Positions 27,837 to 37,833 of a stretch of DNA of 53,048 nucleotides are shown piece after piece. The first letter of the stretch is position 1; each line of letters begins with the position of its first letter. The stretch comes from a virus (lineage: Duplodnaviria; Caudoviricetes): IMG/VR virus record IMGVR_UViG_3300030090_003345, positions 1 through 53,048 of that record; one strand, given 5' to 3'. A program made the translations under genes and the position numbers. The notes below the pieces were generated by a model. The model was not told the origin of the DNA, did no database searches, and was given only the letters and a program-made list of their open reading frames with translations.

Positions 27837-30800
27837 TATTCTGTGCCTCCGTTGGCAAATTTTAACGGTTGATCGGCAAATGCCATATAAATATACGATT
27901 CATTGGTTGTGTTTATATCACCAGAACCACCACGAATCTTAAACCCATTGCTTAAAAATGAAACATCATGGTTCGTCGCATCTGTTTGTTCTGCCGCACT
28001 TTCATTTGCCCTAAGATACACACCATCATCCGGTGTACGCTTATTATCATAAATAACCCAATCACGCCCAGCACTGGTTCCTTTGATCATCAACCATGCT
28101 GGTCTGAATCCGGTGTAAACAAACGGGGAGGTGTTCTCGTAATCGCTCCCGATTACATTGTCATCATAGATTCCAAACTTGGAATAACCCTCTTTTGGTG
28201 CAAAGCAGTACGCTATAGTCGCTCCTGTGTTATTTGCTATATTGGCACTTCCCAAACTAAACACACTAGACGTTGGCGTTGTGTCATTAAAGAGCGTTGC
28301 TTCATCAAGGTTTGCGCCATTGCTATTGAGTTTTATAAAATCGGTGTTTCCTAAACCAACATGGTACACTCCCCAATCATTGGTGTTATTTCTGTCACGA
28401 AAAATTATCCATTCGGGAACAGCCCCAAGTCCATGCCCTACTGTGGCATTAGAGCCTGTTCCGGTGTAGGAAATAATACTAAAGCCAGCCTCTGTACTGA
28501 CACTTCCTGTAGAATCTATCGTGCCTACACCTGTCGCACTCGCATCATTAGAAAAACTTGTCCCAGCTTTCCACAACCAGTAAACGTAGGTTTCACTATT
28601 ATTATTTAAATTCTGAAAATTTGATGAGCCTTGCGTTGCGGTGAAGCCGTCTGCATCAAAGCTACTTAAAAAACCAGAACTGGGCGACGATAATTCAGCA
28701 TCTGTTGAATTTGCCGCAAGATACTTTGTCACACCTCGTACTGAATCGAATAACGCATGACTTCGTGTTGCGCTCCTCGATTTTGACCATAACCAATCCG
28801 GCTGGAATCCTGCCCCTGTAAATGCTCTACTTGTGGCAGTATTTCCTGTCTCAGTGAGTGTGTTGAAATATTCCGTTGGGTTCTCTCCTTGGGCTGGGTC
28901 AATGGCAGGGGCTGGAAGATTGGCGGTGCTGAGTGCAACAAAACCATCGGGCGGTGTGTGGGCGAAAGATGACTGACCAAAGTTAAAGGTATTTGTTGAA
29001 ACGGAAGAACCAGATTCTTGACAGAACACAAGATACGAAAGCGAGGTATTTAAGTCTGATTTATTCGGTGTTCCGGCCGTGTTAGGCGCGGCATTTTTGC
29101 CAACGTAAATTTTCCCTGTGGTTAAATCCACTGCAAATGTAATTACATTTCCGGTTGACCAAGTTCCAGTAGAACTGCTTGATCCCTCGCCGTTTTCATC
29201 TCTATCCCTGTCATTTCCCTGTTGGGCGTACATCGATATGGAGTCTGATGTCGGATCGGTAGTATGGGGTTTGACGTCTGAGTTAATTATACCGATTAAG
29301 TTGCGGTTGCCCTGATTCGTCAAAGTGACTTCAAAATAAAACTTTTCATCTTTCATGGCTATCGTTGAAAAATAACACTTGTCATTTTGAACATTGACTG
29401 CTTTTAGATTTCCATCAGATAAAGTTGCACCCATAGGATTACTAGATGGATTGAGGGTAGCGTGATTGTCCGTAGGTGAATCACTGACGGTATCGTTGTG
29501 ATCTACATTAACGTGCTGAAAATCATTGTCGTTACTGCTGGAGTCGAGCCAGAAAGCCGCATCTCTTGTGTCTGCGAAAGCCATGTAGATGTAGGTTTTT
29601 CCTGAAGCCCCAACGTATGATCCTGTTCCTGCTGTGAATCCTGTGTTACTTATGTCAATTGTTTCAGACGCATCGGTGTTAGCTAAGTTTGGCCTTGATA
29701 TCCTATTACCGTTATCAGCGTTTCTGGTATTGTCCCAAAGAACCCAATCAGTTCCATTGTCTGTTATATTTTTTATTAAAATAAATGCAGGCTTAAATCC
29801 CGTTGTTATATTTGGCTGTCCAGTGTAGCTCCCAAACTTTGACACGCCAGTAGTTTCTGTCCAACAGTACATAATGTAGTTAGCACCATTAGAGTTAGTT
29901 GATCCAGCATATCCAAGATTCATTACTGAACTGGTAGGATCGTTTGTTCCAAATCTATCGCTTCCAGATGTTTCCTTATCTGTAGTGTTAAGAGAAAGAT
30001 AATATTGGATGCTTGTTAAACCTGAGTGCCAGACTGACCAGTTATCTGTTCCGCTAGTTCTACTTTTAGTTAAGACCCAAGAAGGCGTAGAGGACAGTCC
30101 GTGCCCCACTGTTGAGTTATTAGAACCGTTTCCAGTGTAGCTAACGATGCTGAACCCAGTGGTATCACTTGCAACAACTTTTGACTGAATAGTTCCCTTA
30201 ACATTTGTATACCCCTTTGTAGATGGAGTATTTGCCTGACCGCCCATGCCAGAGTGATTAGTACAATAGTAATAAAGAGTCGGTGCACCAGAAGCTACGG
30301 TAATTTCTGTGTAAGCACCGGATGATCCGGGTGTTCCGTTTGTTGTAACACCTGTGGTGTATTCAGAGCCACTACCGTGAGTTCCATCTGATGTTGTTGA
30401 AAAACGGAGAGGGTGTCCTGAGTTTGAACTATCTGATTGATCAAAACGATATGTGCCACCTTCAGATAACTCTAAAGTAATTGCACTAGTTCCAAAGTCA
30501 TCAAAGCGATATTTATTTCCACTGTCAGACACAACCTTAACTACATATGTAGCGGTCTGTGATGTTCCACCTGCGTCCCAACACCAAGCTACAATTGATT
30601 GGTCATCTCTATTTAAGCCGCCGTCAGAGCCAACAGTAAAGCCATCAGAGTCAAAAGACGAAAGGTCATTAGAGCTATTTACTTCGGCAATGGTTTGGTT
30701 GGAATTCAAACCAATGAGTGGGCCACGAACAGAATCATACAGATAGTGATCATCGGCGTTGTCTCTGTTTTTGATCCAAACAAAATCGGGTTCAAAGCCG

Positions 30801-31528
30801 GTTCCTGTGACAGACTGTGTGCCGCCGTTGCCCTCATACAAGACCGTGTTGAACGCTTCTACAGTTGTGTCATCTTCAAACGTCAGATGGAAGCCATTCG
30901 TCCCCATTGTGAAGTTGGAGGATGTAATGTTCTTGGGAACCCAGATGCCGTTTTTAGTTTCACCAAAAGCGTCAACGTCATGGGCTGTGCCGTCAATAAG
31001 AAATACTTCGGCTAAATAGCCATCATAACTTCCTTCGCCAGACCAATGATGAACCGTTGTATTATTAATGTTTAAGTCTGCGTTTTGTGACGGATAAGTC
31101 GCAGTGCTTAAAGATTGTAATGAACCATTGATATATATTTTTACACGATTTGATGCTGTTGCTTGTGTGGTATCAACTTCAAAAACAAAGTGATACCAAG
31201 CAGATGGATCACGCAACACTGCATTTGTTGTGCAATTAATGTTTGAATTATCTGGATGCCCAAACAGCCTTAATTGATCGTCGCTTGTAAACTGGATTGC
31301 TTCATAGTTGTTAGTTGTCAGGTTTGCTCGGAAGATAGTTTCAAAACCACCTACACCTTTTTTTGCCCAGAAGCTGATTGTAAAAGTTCTTCGATTGCCA
31401 GCAGATGATGGTGTCCTGCTTAATAATGCTGAATCGTCATCATTAAACCGCAGAGACCCATTGATGGTCTTCGGGTAGAAGCCACCGGATGCGTACATCC
31501 ATTGTGATGAACCGAATGGGCCACTCAT
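27836..31528 (-). CDS. Multidomain tail fibre / receptor-binding protein (LamG-like, repeat modules, cupredoxin-like, SPRY-like)
   Basis: FTISFW, WYHFVF, VKIYING (LamG); duplicated GF.PD.VWIK.R, GFSI.SYTG and SKFG modules; YYYCTNHSGM; KFYFEV...FNFGQ (SPRY). Confidence 0.8.
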   Translation of the reverse strand: MSGPFGSSQWMYASGGFYPKTINGSLRFNDDDSALLSRTPSSAGNRRTFTISFWAKKGVGGFETIFRANLTTNNYEAIQFTSDDQLRLFGHPDNSNINCTTNAVLRDPSAWYHFVFEVDTTQATASNRVKIYINGSLQSLSTATYPSQNADLNINNTTVHHWSGEGSYDGYLAEVFLIDGTAHDVDAFGETKNGIWVPKNITSSNFTMGTNGFHLTFEDDTTVEAFNTVLYEGNGGTQSVTGTGFEPDFVWIKNRDNADDHYLYDSVRGPLIGLNSNQTIAEVNSSNDLSSFDSDGFTVGSDGGLNRDDQSIVAWCWDAGGTSQTATYVVKVVSDSGNKYRFDDFGTSAITLELSEGGTYRFDQSDSSNSGHPLRFSTTSDGTHGSGSEYTTGVTTNGTPGSSGAYTEITVASGAPTLYYYCTNHSGMGGQANTPSTKGYTNVKGTIQSKVVASDTTGFSIVSYTGNGSNNSTVGHGLSSTPSWVLTKSRTSGTDNWSVWHSGLTSIQYYLSLNTTDKETSGSDRFGTNDPTSSVMNLGYAGSTNSNGANYIMYCWTETTGVSKFGSYTGQPNITTGFKPAFILIKNITDNGTDWVLWDNTRNADNGNRISRPNLANTDASETIDISNTGFTAGTGSYVGASGKTYIYMAFADTRDAAFWLDSSSNDNDFQHVNVDHNDTVSDSPTDNHATLNPSSNPMGATLSDGNLKAVNVQNDKCYFSTIAMKDEKFYFEVTLTNQGNRNLIGIINSDVKPHTTDPTSDSISMYAQQGNDRDRDENGEGSSSSTGTWSTGNVITFAVDLTTGKIYVGKNAAPNTAGTPNKSDLNTSLSYLVFCQESGSSVSTNTFNFGQSSFAHTPPDGFVALSTANLPAPAIDPAQGENPTEYFNTLTETGNTATSRAFTGAGFQPDWLWSKSRSATRSHALFDSVRGVTKYLAANSTDAELSSPSSGFLSSFDADGFTATQGSSNFQNLNNNSETYVYWLWKAGTSFSNDASATGVGTIDSTGSVSTEAGFSIISYTGTGSNATVGHGLGAVPEWIIFRDRNNTNDWGVYHVGLGNTDFIKLNSNGANLDEATLFNDTTPTSSVFSLGSANIANNTGATIAYCFAPKEGYSKFGIYDDNVIGSDYENTSPFVYTGFRPAWLMIKGTSAGRDWVIYDNKRTPDDGVYLRANESAAEQTDATNHDVSFLSNGFKIRGGSGDINTTNESYIYMAFADQPLKFANGGTE

Positions 31529-33777
31529 TAACTAAACGCCAACTGTGGAGCACCCAAAAGGATGCGGTTTGATGCCGCTACGACATACGGAATGATGTCT
31601 GTAGTGCTTGCGGCACTGGAGAGCGTTATCCCTGCACCAGCGGCTGTTTCGTAGTCTGTCCCCAAACTCAATGTTCTACCTCCAGTAGAGTCTTGTATGC
31701 ACACAATAAAGCCCGATTGACCAACCGTCTCAGTGGACGGGTTAGCCAACGTGACGTTACCTGTCAGTGTCAAAACAAAATTTTGGTTGGCAGAAAAGTC
31801 TAACGTGACACTGCCCGTATTCGACGTATCTGTGTCTGTCTTAGCTGTCGCAACAGCACCCACAGTCAAACCACCCGCTATGGTAACATTAGTTGTGCCT
31901 GTGGGGATCTCAATTACATCTGCGTCAGCATCGTTTTTGATTGTTACGTCGTTAGTAGAACCTTGTCCTGTAAGAATCAAACCCTCTGTCGATGTAAAAC
32001 CCATAGCCGCATTGTCACCAGCGGAGGTATCTCCGGTAGCCTCAACAGTGCCGCCAGTAATTACACCCGTGGTGGTGATAGCACTAGCACCGTTATCTAT
32101 AGCACCAAAGCCGCTTGTAATAGAGCCGCCGTCTAACGCTCCTACTGAAGTAATATTAGTTTGTGCCGCTGTTTGAAGAGTACCTGTTAAATTACCGTTG
32201 ATATTACCCGTTACATTTCCAACAACATTACCCGTAAATCCGTCTGACGTTACGGTGCCTAATGAAGAACCGCCATCGGCAAAAGTAATTGTGCCGCCAT
32301 CAGCATCTAGCGTAACTCCACCACTGGAGTTAAGCGTGACTGTTGTACCTGCAAGTTCTGCTGTACCATCAGCGGTAATTGAAATATTAGCGGCGGCGGC
32401 GGCAGTGTCCGTTGTTGCAATAGCCAACGTACCGTTTGTACCGGCGGTAATTGTAGCCGTATCATCAGTCGAACCAGTGAGGGTAATTACTTTACCATCA
32501 ACCGTAACATCGTCTACAGTTAAAGCCGATAAAGTTCCTAAAGAAGTTACGTTTGTCTGTGCCGCAGTTTGAAGAGTGCCCGTTAAATTACCGTTAATAT
32601 TACCAGTTACATTTCCAACGACATTACCAGTAAACCCGCTGGATGTTACAGTTCCTAACGACGAACCCCCATCAGAAAACGTTATAGTTCCGCCATCCGC
32701 ATCAAGTACAACCCCGCCACTAGAGTTAAGTGTTACTGTAGTGCCCGCAAGCTCTGCCGTTCCGTCGGCTGTTATAGTTATATTAGCGGCGGCGGCGGAG
32801 GCATCCGTAGTTGTGATATCTAACGTGCCATTTGTTCCTGCCGTTAGCGTTGCAGTATCGTCAGTAGAACCAGTTAAAGTAATGACCTTGCCATCTAAAG
32901 CTACGTCATCGGCAGTCACAGAACCCCCAGTAATAGCTCCCGTAGTAGTAATAGTACTTGACCCAGTATCAATGTTTCCAAAACCACTTGTTATTGACCC
33001 AGAGTCTACGGCACCTATTGATGTAATCGCACCACCTGTGTAAGTTTTAAGATCAGCGACAGTTATCTGTTTCATCGTGCCGTCGTCATTTAGAATGATT
33101 TGATCGGCATCTACTACGGTGGTGCTACTAGAAGAAGTATTACCATCCATGATATTCAGTTCAGCGGCTGTAGCAGTAACGTTGGTGCCACCAATATCCA
33201 ACGTAGTCATACTAACTTCACCAGCAACGGTGACTACACCAGAAGCTAGAGTCATCAAGTCAGTATCACTGGTGTGTCCGATTGTTGCACCGTCAATATT
33301 GATGTTGTCAATAACAGCCTGTGTTACAGCACTATTTGTACCTAACGTAATTCCGTCTACAGAACCTCCATCTATGTTCGCTGTGTCTGCTACAAGCGCG
33401 TCTGTGGTCACAGTGCCATCAAAGAACGCATCTTTAAACTCTACAGAACTAGTACCTAAATCCACATCGTTATCTGTAACGGGAACAATTGCACCATCTT
33501 GAAAACGAACCTGTTCTACAGTAGAACCCGCACCGCCCGCATCTACGAACACACCTACTCGATTATTAGTGTTGTCTACTACAACTTTATTTAGAGGTGT
33601 AGTTACACCCGGGTCGCCTATTAGACCAATTACAGGTCCCTCAGCCGCCGTCCCATCGTGCTTATGTCCAGTAGAATTATTAAAAGCGGAAAGAACCTGA
33701 TTAAACTCATCATTTGAGTGTGCCGCTGTTATAGTGTCGCCGTCAGAATACGAGGACTGCCTAGTGTATCCCGCCAT
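31528..33777 (-). CDS. Tail fibre / spike protein, T/G/S/D-rich
   Basis: N-terminal GYTRQS...GHKHDG anchor typical of podoviruses; internal repeat. Confidence 0.75.
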   Translation of the reverse strand: MAGYTRQSSYSDGDTITAAHSNDEFNQVLSAFNNSTGHKHDGTAAEGPVIGLIGDPGVTTPLNKVVVDNTNNRVGVFVDAGGAGSTVEQVRFQDGAIVPVTDNDVDLGTSSVEFKDAFFDGTVTTDALVADTANIDGGSVDGITLGTNSAVTQAVIDNINIDGATIGHTSDTDLMTLASGVVTVAGEVSMTTLDIGGTNVTATAAELNIMDGNTSSSSTTVVDADQIILNDDGTMKQITVADLKTYTGGAITSIGAVDSGSITSGFGNIDTGSSTITTTGAITGGSVTADDVALDGKVITLTGSTDDTATLTAGTNGTLDITTTDASAAAANITITADGTAELAGTTVTLNSSGGVVLDADGGTITFSDGGSSLGTVTSSGFTGNVVGNVTGNINGNLTGTLQTAAQTNVTSLGTLSALTVDDVTVDGKVITLTGSTDDTATITAGTNGTLAIATTDTAAAAANISITADGTAELAGTTVTLNSSGGVTLDADGGTITFADGGSSLGTVTSDGFTGNVVGNVTGNINGNLTGTLQTAAQTNITSVGALDGGSITSGFGAIDNGASAITTTGVITGGTVEATGDTSAGDNAAMGFTSTEGLILTGQGSTNDVTIKNDADADVIEIPTGTTNVTIAGGLTVGAVATAKTDTDTSNTGSVTLDFSANQNFVLTLTGNVTLANPSTETVGQSGFIVCIQDSTGGRTLSLGTDYETAAGAGITLSSAASTTDIIPYVVAASNRILLGAPQLAFS
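32140..32910 (-). repeat. Intragenic tandem duplication, 396-nt (132-aa) period
   Basis: DDVALDGKVITLTGSTDD...QTNVTSLG versus DDVTVDGKVITLTGSTDD...QTNITSVG. Confidence 0.9.
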
Positions 33778-35303
33778 TATCTTCTTCCTCCGGGAGTAAA
33801 TTCAATTTGATAACCTTTTACAGAAATAGGATCAACTCCTGCACTATCTTCTAAACGTAAACCGACTACAAAGCCGCCACCTTCAACCGTTTGTCGTGCT
33901 AGAGGTGCTCCTGACGCACCATAAGTTGCAGTACCATACGTAGATTGTGTAGCACCGTATATTGCAAAAGCACCACCAATAGCTAAATCGTAAGGATCAG
34001 GCTGTGGAACATCTGCCGCGTCAAAGTCGTAAAGCAATCTGAATGTGGTGTTCACACCCCCTTCATTCGTGTAATTCCAAATCACACGTTGCATAGACTT
34101 TCGTAAACCGGGATCTCCCATCGTATGGTCGGGGGAACGATAAATAGCTTTTATATTTGTTCCGTCAAAGGTGTTACCTGACTCTTGTTGATGAACATAA
34201 TGATCGTATCCTGCATGTAGTATTGTCTCTACATTACTAATAAAACCAGAAGTTGCATACGTAGGCTTTAGACCTATTAAGTCAGCATACTCAAAACCTA
34301 TACCGCCCTGTTCCCCGGCTTTTATTACGCCTATTACACCAGCGGCTTTAGCAGTCGGACCAGCATCAGTGGGAAAAAACAGTCGATACTGTGATTTTTC
34401 TCTAATTACTAAAGATGAAATACGTTCTAAAGAAATACCATCTAATCTAGTTTGTATTTGTTTAGACACAGTACCCAATTCTGTATCACCAATTTTTTCT
34501 GTACCAGCTACCGTACGTAAACCGTCCGGTGCTAAAAAGATTAAATCACCACCGATCTCTTGAACACTGAAACCATCTGAACATCCTATCTTACGCGTGA
34601 TGGGTGCAAGTTGAAAATTAGCAACAGACTCTCCTGCCAGTTGATATATCTCATCTTTACAAAATACTATGAGCCTATCCCGAAACACTCGTAACTTAAC
34701 GACAGGGCTTTCGGTTCTAAACGATCCGCCGCCACTAGCGGGCGTAAAGTCTGTTGGATCAAATGGTGCGCTAAAAAAGACTTCAGACGGATTAGCAGAT
34801 GCACCAGATAAAAACAAATGTGATTTAAATACTGCACAAAGAGAAGGGTTACTAGGAGCGGGAGACGCACTTATGTCTGTTACGGATGAGTCATTGTAAA
34901 TAGATGCACGATTAGCACCGTCACACCAAACTATCTTTTCCGTCCCATCAAAATTAAATACAGCAAAGTCATACCGTCCAGCACTTGTTCTGCCACTGTC
35001 AATCTCAGTCCAGCTACCGGACCCGCTTGTTCCCGTAAATACTTTTTCACCACGCGATGCAACAACTTTTGTTTTATAGATTGCAATGCCTAGTATTTTT
35101 TCTGTTGAGGCAGAAGTCTGCGGGACTATGTTGGTATTAAACTTAGTAAAACCGTTTAAACGACGATAGCCCCCCGCTATGTCAGGTTCAAAGTTTTGTA
35201 GCTCTAACGCCGCACCGGGTGGCAAAGAAAACGTATCTTTATTTAAAACTAAACCACCCGATAGTCTAACTACATAAGGACTAATAGCAGAAGTATCTGG
35301 CAT
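33777..35303 (-). CDS. Tail nozzle / tubular protein B-like
   Basis: 508 aa, beta-rich; IGC...SVQEIGGDLIFLAPDGLR; synteny. Confidence 0.7.
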   Translation of the reverse strand: MPDTSAISPYVVRLSGGLVLNKDTFSLPPGAALELQNFEPDIAGGYRRLNGFTKFNTNIVPQTSASTEKILGIAIYKTKVVASRGEKVFTGTSGSGSWTEIDSGRTSAGRYDFAVFNFDGTEKIVWCDGANRASIYNDSSVTDISASPAPSNPSLCAVFKSHLFLSGASANPSEVFFSAPFDPTDFTPASGGGSFRTESPVVKLRVFRDRLIVFCKDEIYQLAGESVANFQLAPITRKIGCSDGFSVQEIGGDLIFLAPDGLRTVAGTEKIGDTELGTVSKQIQTRLDGISLERISSLVIREKSQYRLFFPTDAGPTAKAAGVIGVIKAGEQGGIGFEYADLIGLKPTYATSGFISNVETILHAGYDHYVHQQESGNTFDGTNIKAIYRSPDHTMGDPGLRKSMQRVIWNYTNEGGVNTTFRLLYDFDAADVPQPDPYDLAIGGAFAIYGATQSTYGTATYGASGAPLARQTVEGGGFVVGLRLEDSAGVDPISVKGYQIEFTPGGRR

Positions 35304-35962
35304 TATACGGCTCTAAAGTAATCTTTACGGTTAATAAGTTCAACTCTCATTCGGGCTAAACCTTCTTTGTAATCTCGTTCTGTTAGTTGAGCAGATTGCA
35401 AATCTGAACGTAATACGTAAGCATAGTATTTAGCTCTGTTCACAATAACATCGTGAAAACGTTCTGGAATTATTGGGGTATCGGTGTTAGCACTTAAATC
35501 ACTGTGAGTAGCGTAGTACTCATAATTAATTGTGTATGTAGCATTTGGCTCTGGGTATAAACCCAACTTTAAATCTGGAGTAAGATAGAATCTCTCAGGT
35601 TCAGCTAAATGATCATCCCCGGGATCACTATTAAGTGCTAAGTAAGATTGATTGTATTCGTCGTAACTTAGAAACTTAAGTAATTTAAGAGGCTTGGTTC
35701 CGCCCGGGTTGAGTATTACAGCATCTTCATTTAAAGTTTTTAAGTCAGTTTGAAGACTGTACTCTCCAGTACCAGACGATGTCGTTATGGTGTTTGATGA
35801 GTAAGTGAAAGGCCACTCAACCTCTGAATTAATAATATCTTTTTGTGCTTTATTAATTAAATCTTTTACAGCACTTTGAATGCCTCGTGTAGAAGCAACA
35901 GATGTAATTACAACCTCATTTAGTTCTAATAAAACAGCGTTTACCAATTGTAAGTACGTCAT
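35303..35962 (-). CDS. Head-tail adaptor / tubular protein A-like
   Basis: MTYLQLVNAVL..LNE start, WPF, IPERFH motifs; synteny. Confidence 0.75.
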   Translation of the reverse strand: MTYLQLVNAVLLELNEVVITSVASTRGIQSAVKDLINKAQKDIINSEVEWPFTYSSNTITTSSGTGEYSLQTDLKTLNEDAVILNPGGTKPLKLLKFLSYDEYNQSYLALNSDPGDDHLAEPERFYLTPDLKLGLYPEPNATYTINYEYYATHSDLSANTDTPIIPERFHDVIVNRAKYYAYVLRSDLQSAQLTERDYKEGLARMRVELINRKDYFRAV

Positions 35963-36322
35963 TTAAGTTACTCCGGGTGTAAACAACTCTTCTACAGACA
36001 CAATTACATCAAGAGCATCAGCACTAGATGCAGTTGCTTTTAGAGTGTCTCCAGCATTAAAAATAAAAAACCCCTCTGATAATTGTAGATAAAGTTTTGT
36101 ATTTACTGTTGTAGTATTAGTAATCTTGTAAGTTGCAGAAGCAGAACTGTCTGTCCACTCCAAAGTTATGTCGGCGTTACTACCAGCTATGTTTCCTACG
36201 TGAATTAACTTTATTACGCCCGTATAGTTTGATGGACAAGTGTAAACAGTAGTTTGGTTCGTTGATGTTAACTTAACCCCTATGCTTCTTATTTTAGCAG
36301 TTGTTCCATCTAAAATAGGCAT
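35963..36322 (-). CDS. Small virion structural protein, putative
   Basis: TTVYTCP...AGDTL pattern; TAATG overlap gives start 36322. Confidence 0.6.
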   Translation of the reverse strand: MPILDGTTAKIRSIGVKLTSTNQTTVYTCPSNYTGVIKLIHVGNIAGSNADITLEWTDSSASATYKITNTTTVNTKLYLQLSEGFFIFNAGDTLKATASSADALDVIVSVEELFTPGVT

Positions 36323-36747
36323 TAGGGCCACTCACCGATACGCATAGCTTCTGATAGCTTATGTGCTCTTTGCCCAACTTGACGCGCCCAGCGGCTATCC
36401 ATCATTTCAATACTGGCTTGAATAAAGTCTTCTTGCTCAATAGCTAACCACATGTTTTGAAACTTGAGCAAAGTTGGAATGCCTAGATTAAAGCCCATGT
36501 CTACAAGCACTCGTTGACGAACAGCATCAAGTTCAGCAACCATCGGCTTTTTACTAAGTAATTCATCTTCTACAATCTTGATATCGTTCTTAAGAAGATA
36601 CCGCGCCTCATCTTCTGTAATACCACGATCTTCAATGTTACGACCTACTCCAATAGTTAGCTTATCAGCAGTGCATTGGTATGGCTTTAATTCAAGACCT
36701 TCATGTGTAATAAGCTGATCCTCTAGAGATACCATATCGTATTTCAT
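36322..36747 (-). CDS. T4-type (GH24) lysozyme
   Basis: HEG-x-PYQC-x-TIGVGRN catalytic region; MGFNLG; SRWARQV..RA. Confidence 0.9.
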   Translation of the reverse strand: MKYDMVSLEDQLITHEGLELKPYQCTADKLTIGVGRNIEDRGITEDEARYLLKNDIKIVEDELLSKKPMVAELDAVRQRVLVDMGFNLGIPTLLKFQNMWLAIEQEDFIQASIEMMDSRWARQVGQRAHKLSEAMRIGEWP

Positions 36748-36998
36748 TAACATTTCCATCTACGCCGAGCCGCAAGACCCCGCTCCCCTTTCCAGTTCTT
36801 AGAACGAGCACAAAAACTCTTACGTCGTTTAGCGGCCTTACTTCCCGGTTTTACTTTACCTGTTACGGGAGCTTTTAAGTTTGACCCTGTTTCTCTATTG
36901 TATTTAGCACGACCTTTTGCAGTGAGTCCAGCACCCTGCTTTACAGAACGCTTTTCGCCCCGTTTAACAGATAGACTAACGTTTTTTCGTCTTGCCAC
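36747..36998 (-). CDS. Small highly basic protein
   Basis: GAGLTAKGR...RRKSFCAR...RRRWKC. Confidence 0.75.
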   Translation of the reverse strand: MARRKNVSLSVKRGEKRSVKQGAGLTAKGRAKYNRETGSNLKAPVTGKVKPGSKAAKRRKSFCARSKNWKGERGLAARRRWKC

Positions 36999-37239
36999 GT
37001 CCGGTCCTTACTTTTGCTCGTCGTGTATTAGATACAACAGTTTTGCCCTTAGCACCCGCCGCCTTTTTCTTACGGGCAGTTTTAGCTCTCTCGCTCTGGG
37101 ACAAACTTTGCGCTTTCTTTTTGGGTAAACAACGATCAGGGTTTTTCTTATCTTTGGATGTTCCACAAGGCCCTTTTATTTTACCGTCTGTTCCAATACG
37201 GACCCACTCTTGTTTTAACCACTGTTTAAGTTGTCCCAT
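36976..37239 (-). CDS. Small highly basic protein
   Basis: LKQW...WV.I...CG...CLP..KA. Confidence 0.75.
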   Translation of the reverse strand: MGQLKQWLKQEWVRIGTDGKIKGPCGTSKDKKNPDRCLPKKKAQSLSQSERAKTARKKKAAGAKGKTVVSNTRRAKVRTGRGKTKKR

Positions 37240-37240
37240 A

Positions 37241-37525
37241 TTATGCCTTTTTACGTGCGCGTCTAATTGCTTCTTTACCGCGTTTTGCTATTTTAGCTTG
37301 TTCTGTTTTACCAGCTACCTTAGCACGTTGTTCAAGAACGGTAAGTATTTGTATTTTACGTGCAAAAGATTTACCGCTATTTTTAACACGTTTTACTGTG
37401 TCTCGTGCATCCTGCACAGTAGCGTATTTTATTGGAACTGTATCTTTAGGATTTTCATCTGTGTACAGTCTACGACTACTACCCTTAGGTTTTTTGCCTG
37501 TTCCTACTTTAGGGTCTTTTTTCAT
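37241..37525 (-). CDS. Small highly basic protein
   Basis: DPKVGTGKKPKGS.RRLYTDENPKDTV. Confidence 0.75.
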   Translation of the reverse strand: MKKDPKVGTGKKPKGSSRRLYTDENPKDTVPIKYATVQDARDTVKRVKNSGKSFARKIQILTVLEQRAKVAGKTEQAKIAKRGKEAIRRARKKA

Positions 37526-37719
37526 TATTTGCCCTTACGCTTGCCGCCCTTGGACTTTTTAGCGTAATTAGGATCTTTACAGTATTTTGATGCGGCTAGG
37601 TTTGCATATGCTGACGGGTATGTATCAAAGGTGCGTTTTGCCCAAGCTTTACCTTCAGGACAAATTTTACCTTTACTTTTAGTTTTTTTACCGCCCTTTG
37701 CGGCCTTTTGACGGGCCAT
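37525..37719 (-). CDS. Small highly basic protein (start uncertain: 37719 or 37752)
   Basis: ICPEGKAWAKRTFDTYPSAYAN..ASKYCK. Confidence 0.7.
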   Translation of the reverse strand: MARQKAAKGGKKTKSKGKICPEGKAWAKRTFDTYPSAYANLAASKYCKDPNYAKKSKGGKRKGK

Positions 37720-37780
37720 CGCAAATCTGTCGGTATATCCCATAGGTTGCATGTAGGTTACCCCCGGAAGGCTTAACGCG

Positions 37781-37809
37781 AGTTTATAGTGATTACGTGT
37801 AAGAGTCAA
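37781..37809 (-). promoter_or_regulatory. Putative internal sigma70 promoter
   Basis: TTGACT-17-TAAACT upstream of the basic-protein cluster. Confidence 0.6.
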
Positions 37810-37826
37810 GCCCCCCGAAGGGGGCT
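37809..37826 (-). terminator. UUCG-capped hairpin after the capsid genes (weak terminator or stabiliser)
   Basis: AGCCCCC-TTCG-GGGGGCT; poor U tract. Confidence 0.6.
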
Positions 37827-37833
37827 ATCATCA

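Noticed and set aside
31733-33502. Chain of plus-strand V/P/S-rich ORFs
   Set aside because: Antisense shadows of the T/G/D-rich tail gene.
27836-33777. Diversity-generating retroelement acting on the tail repeats
   Set aside because: No reverse transcriptase; repeat differences are mostly synonymous rather than adenine-specific.
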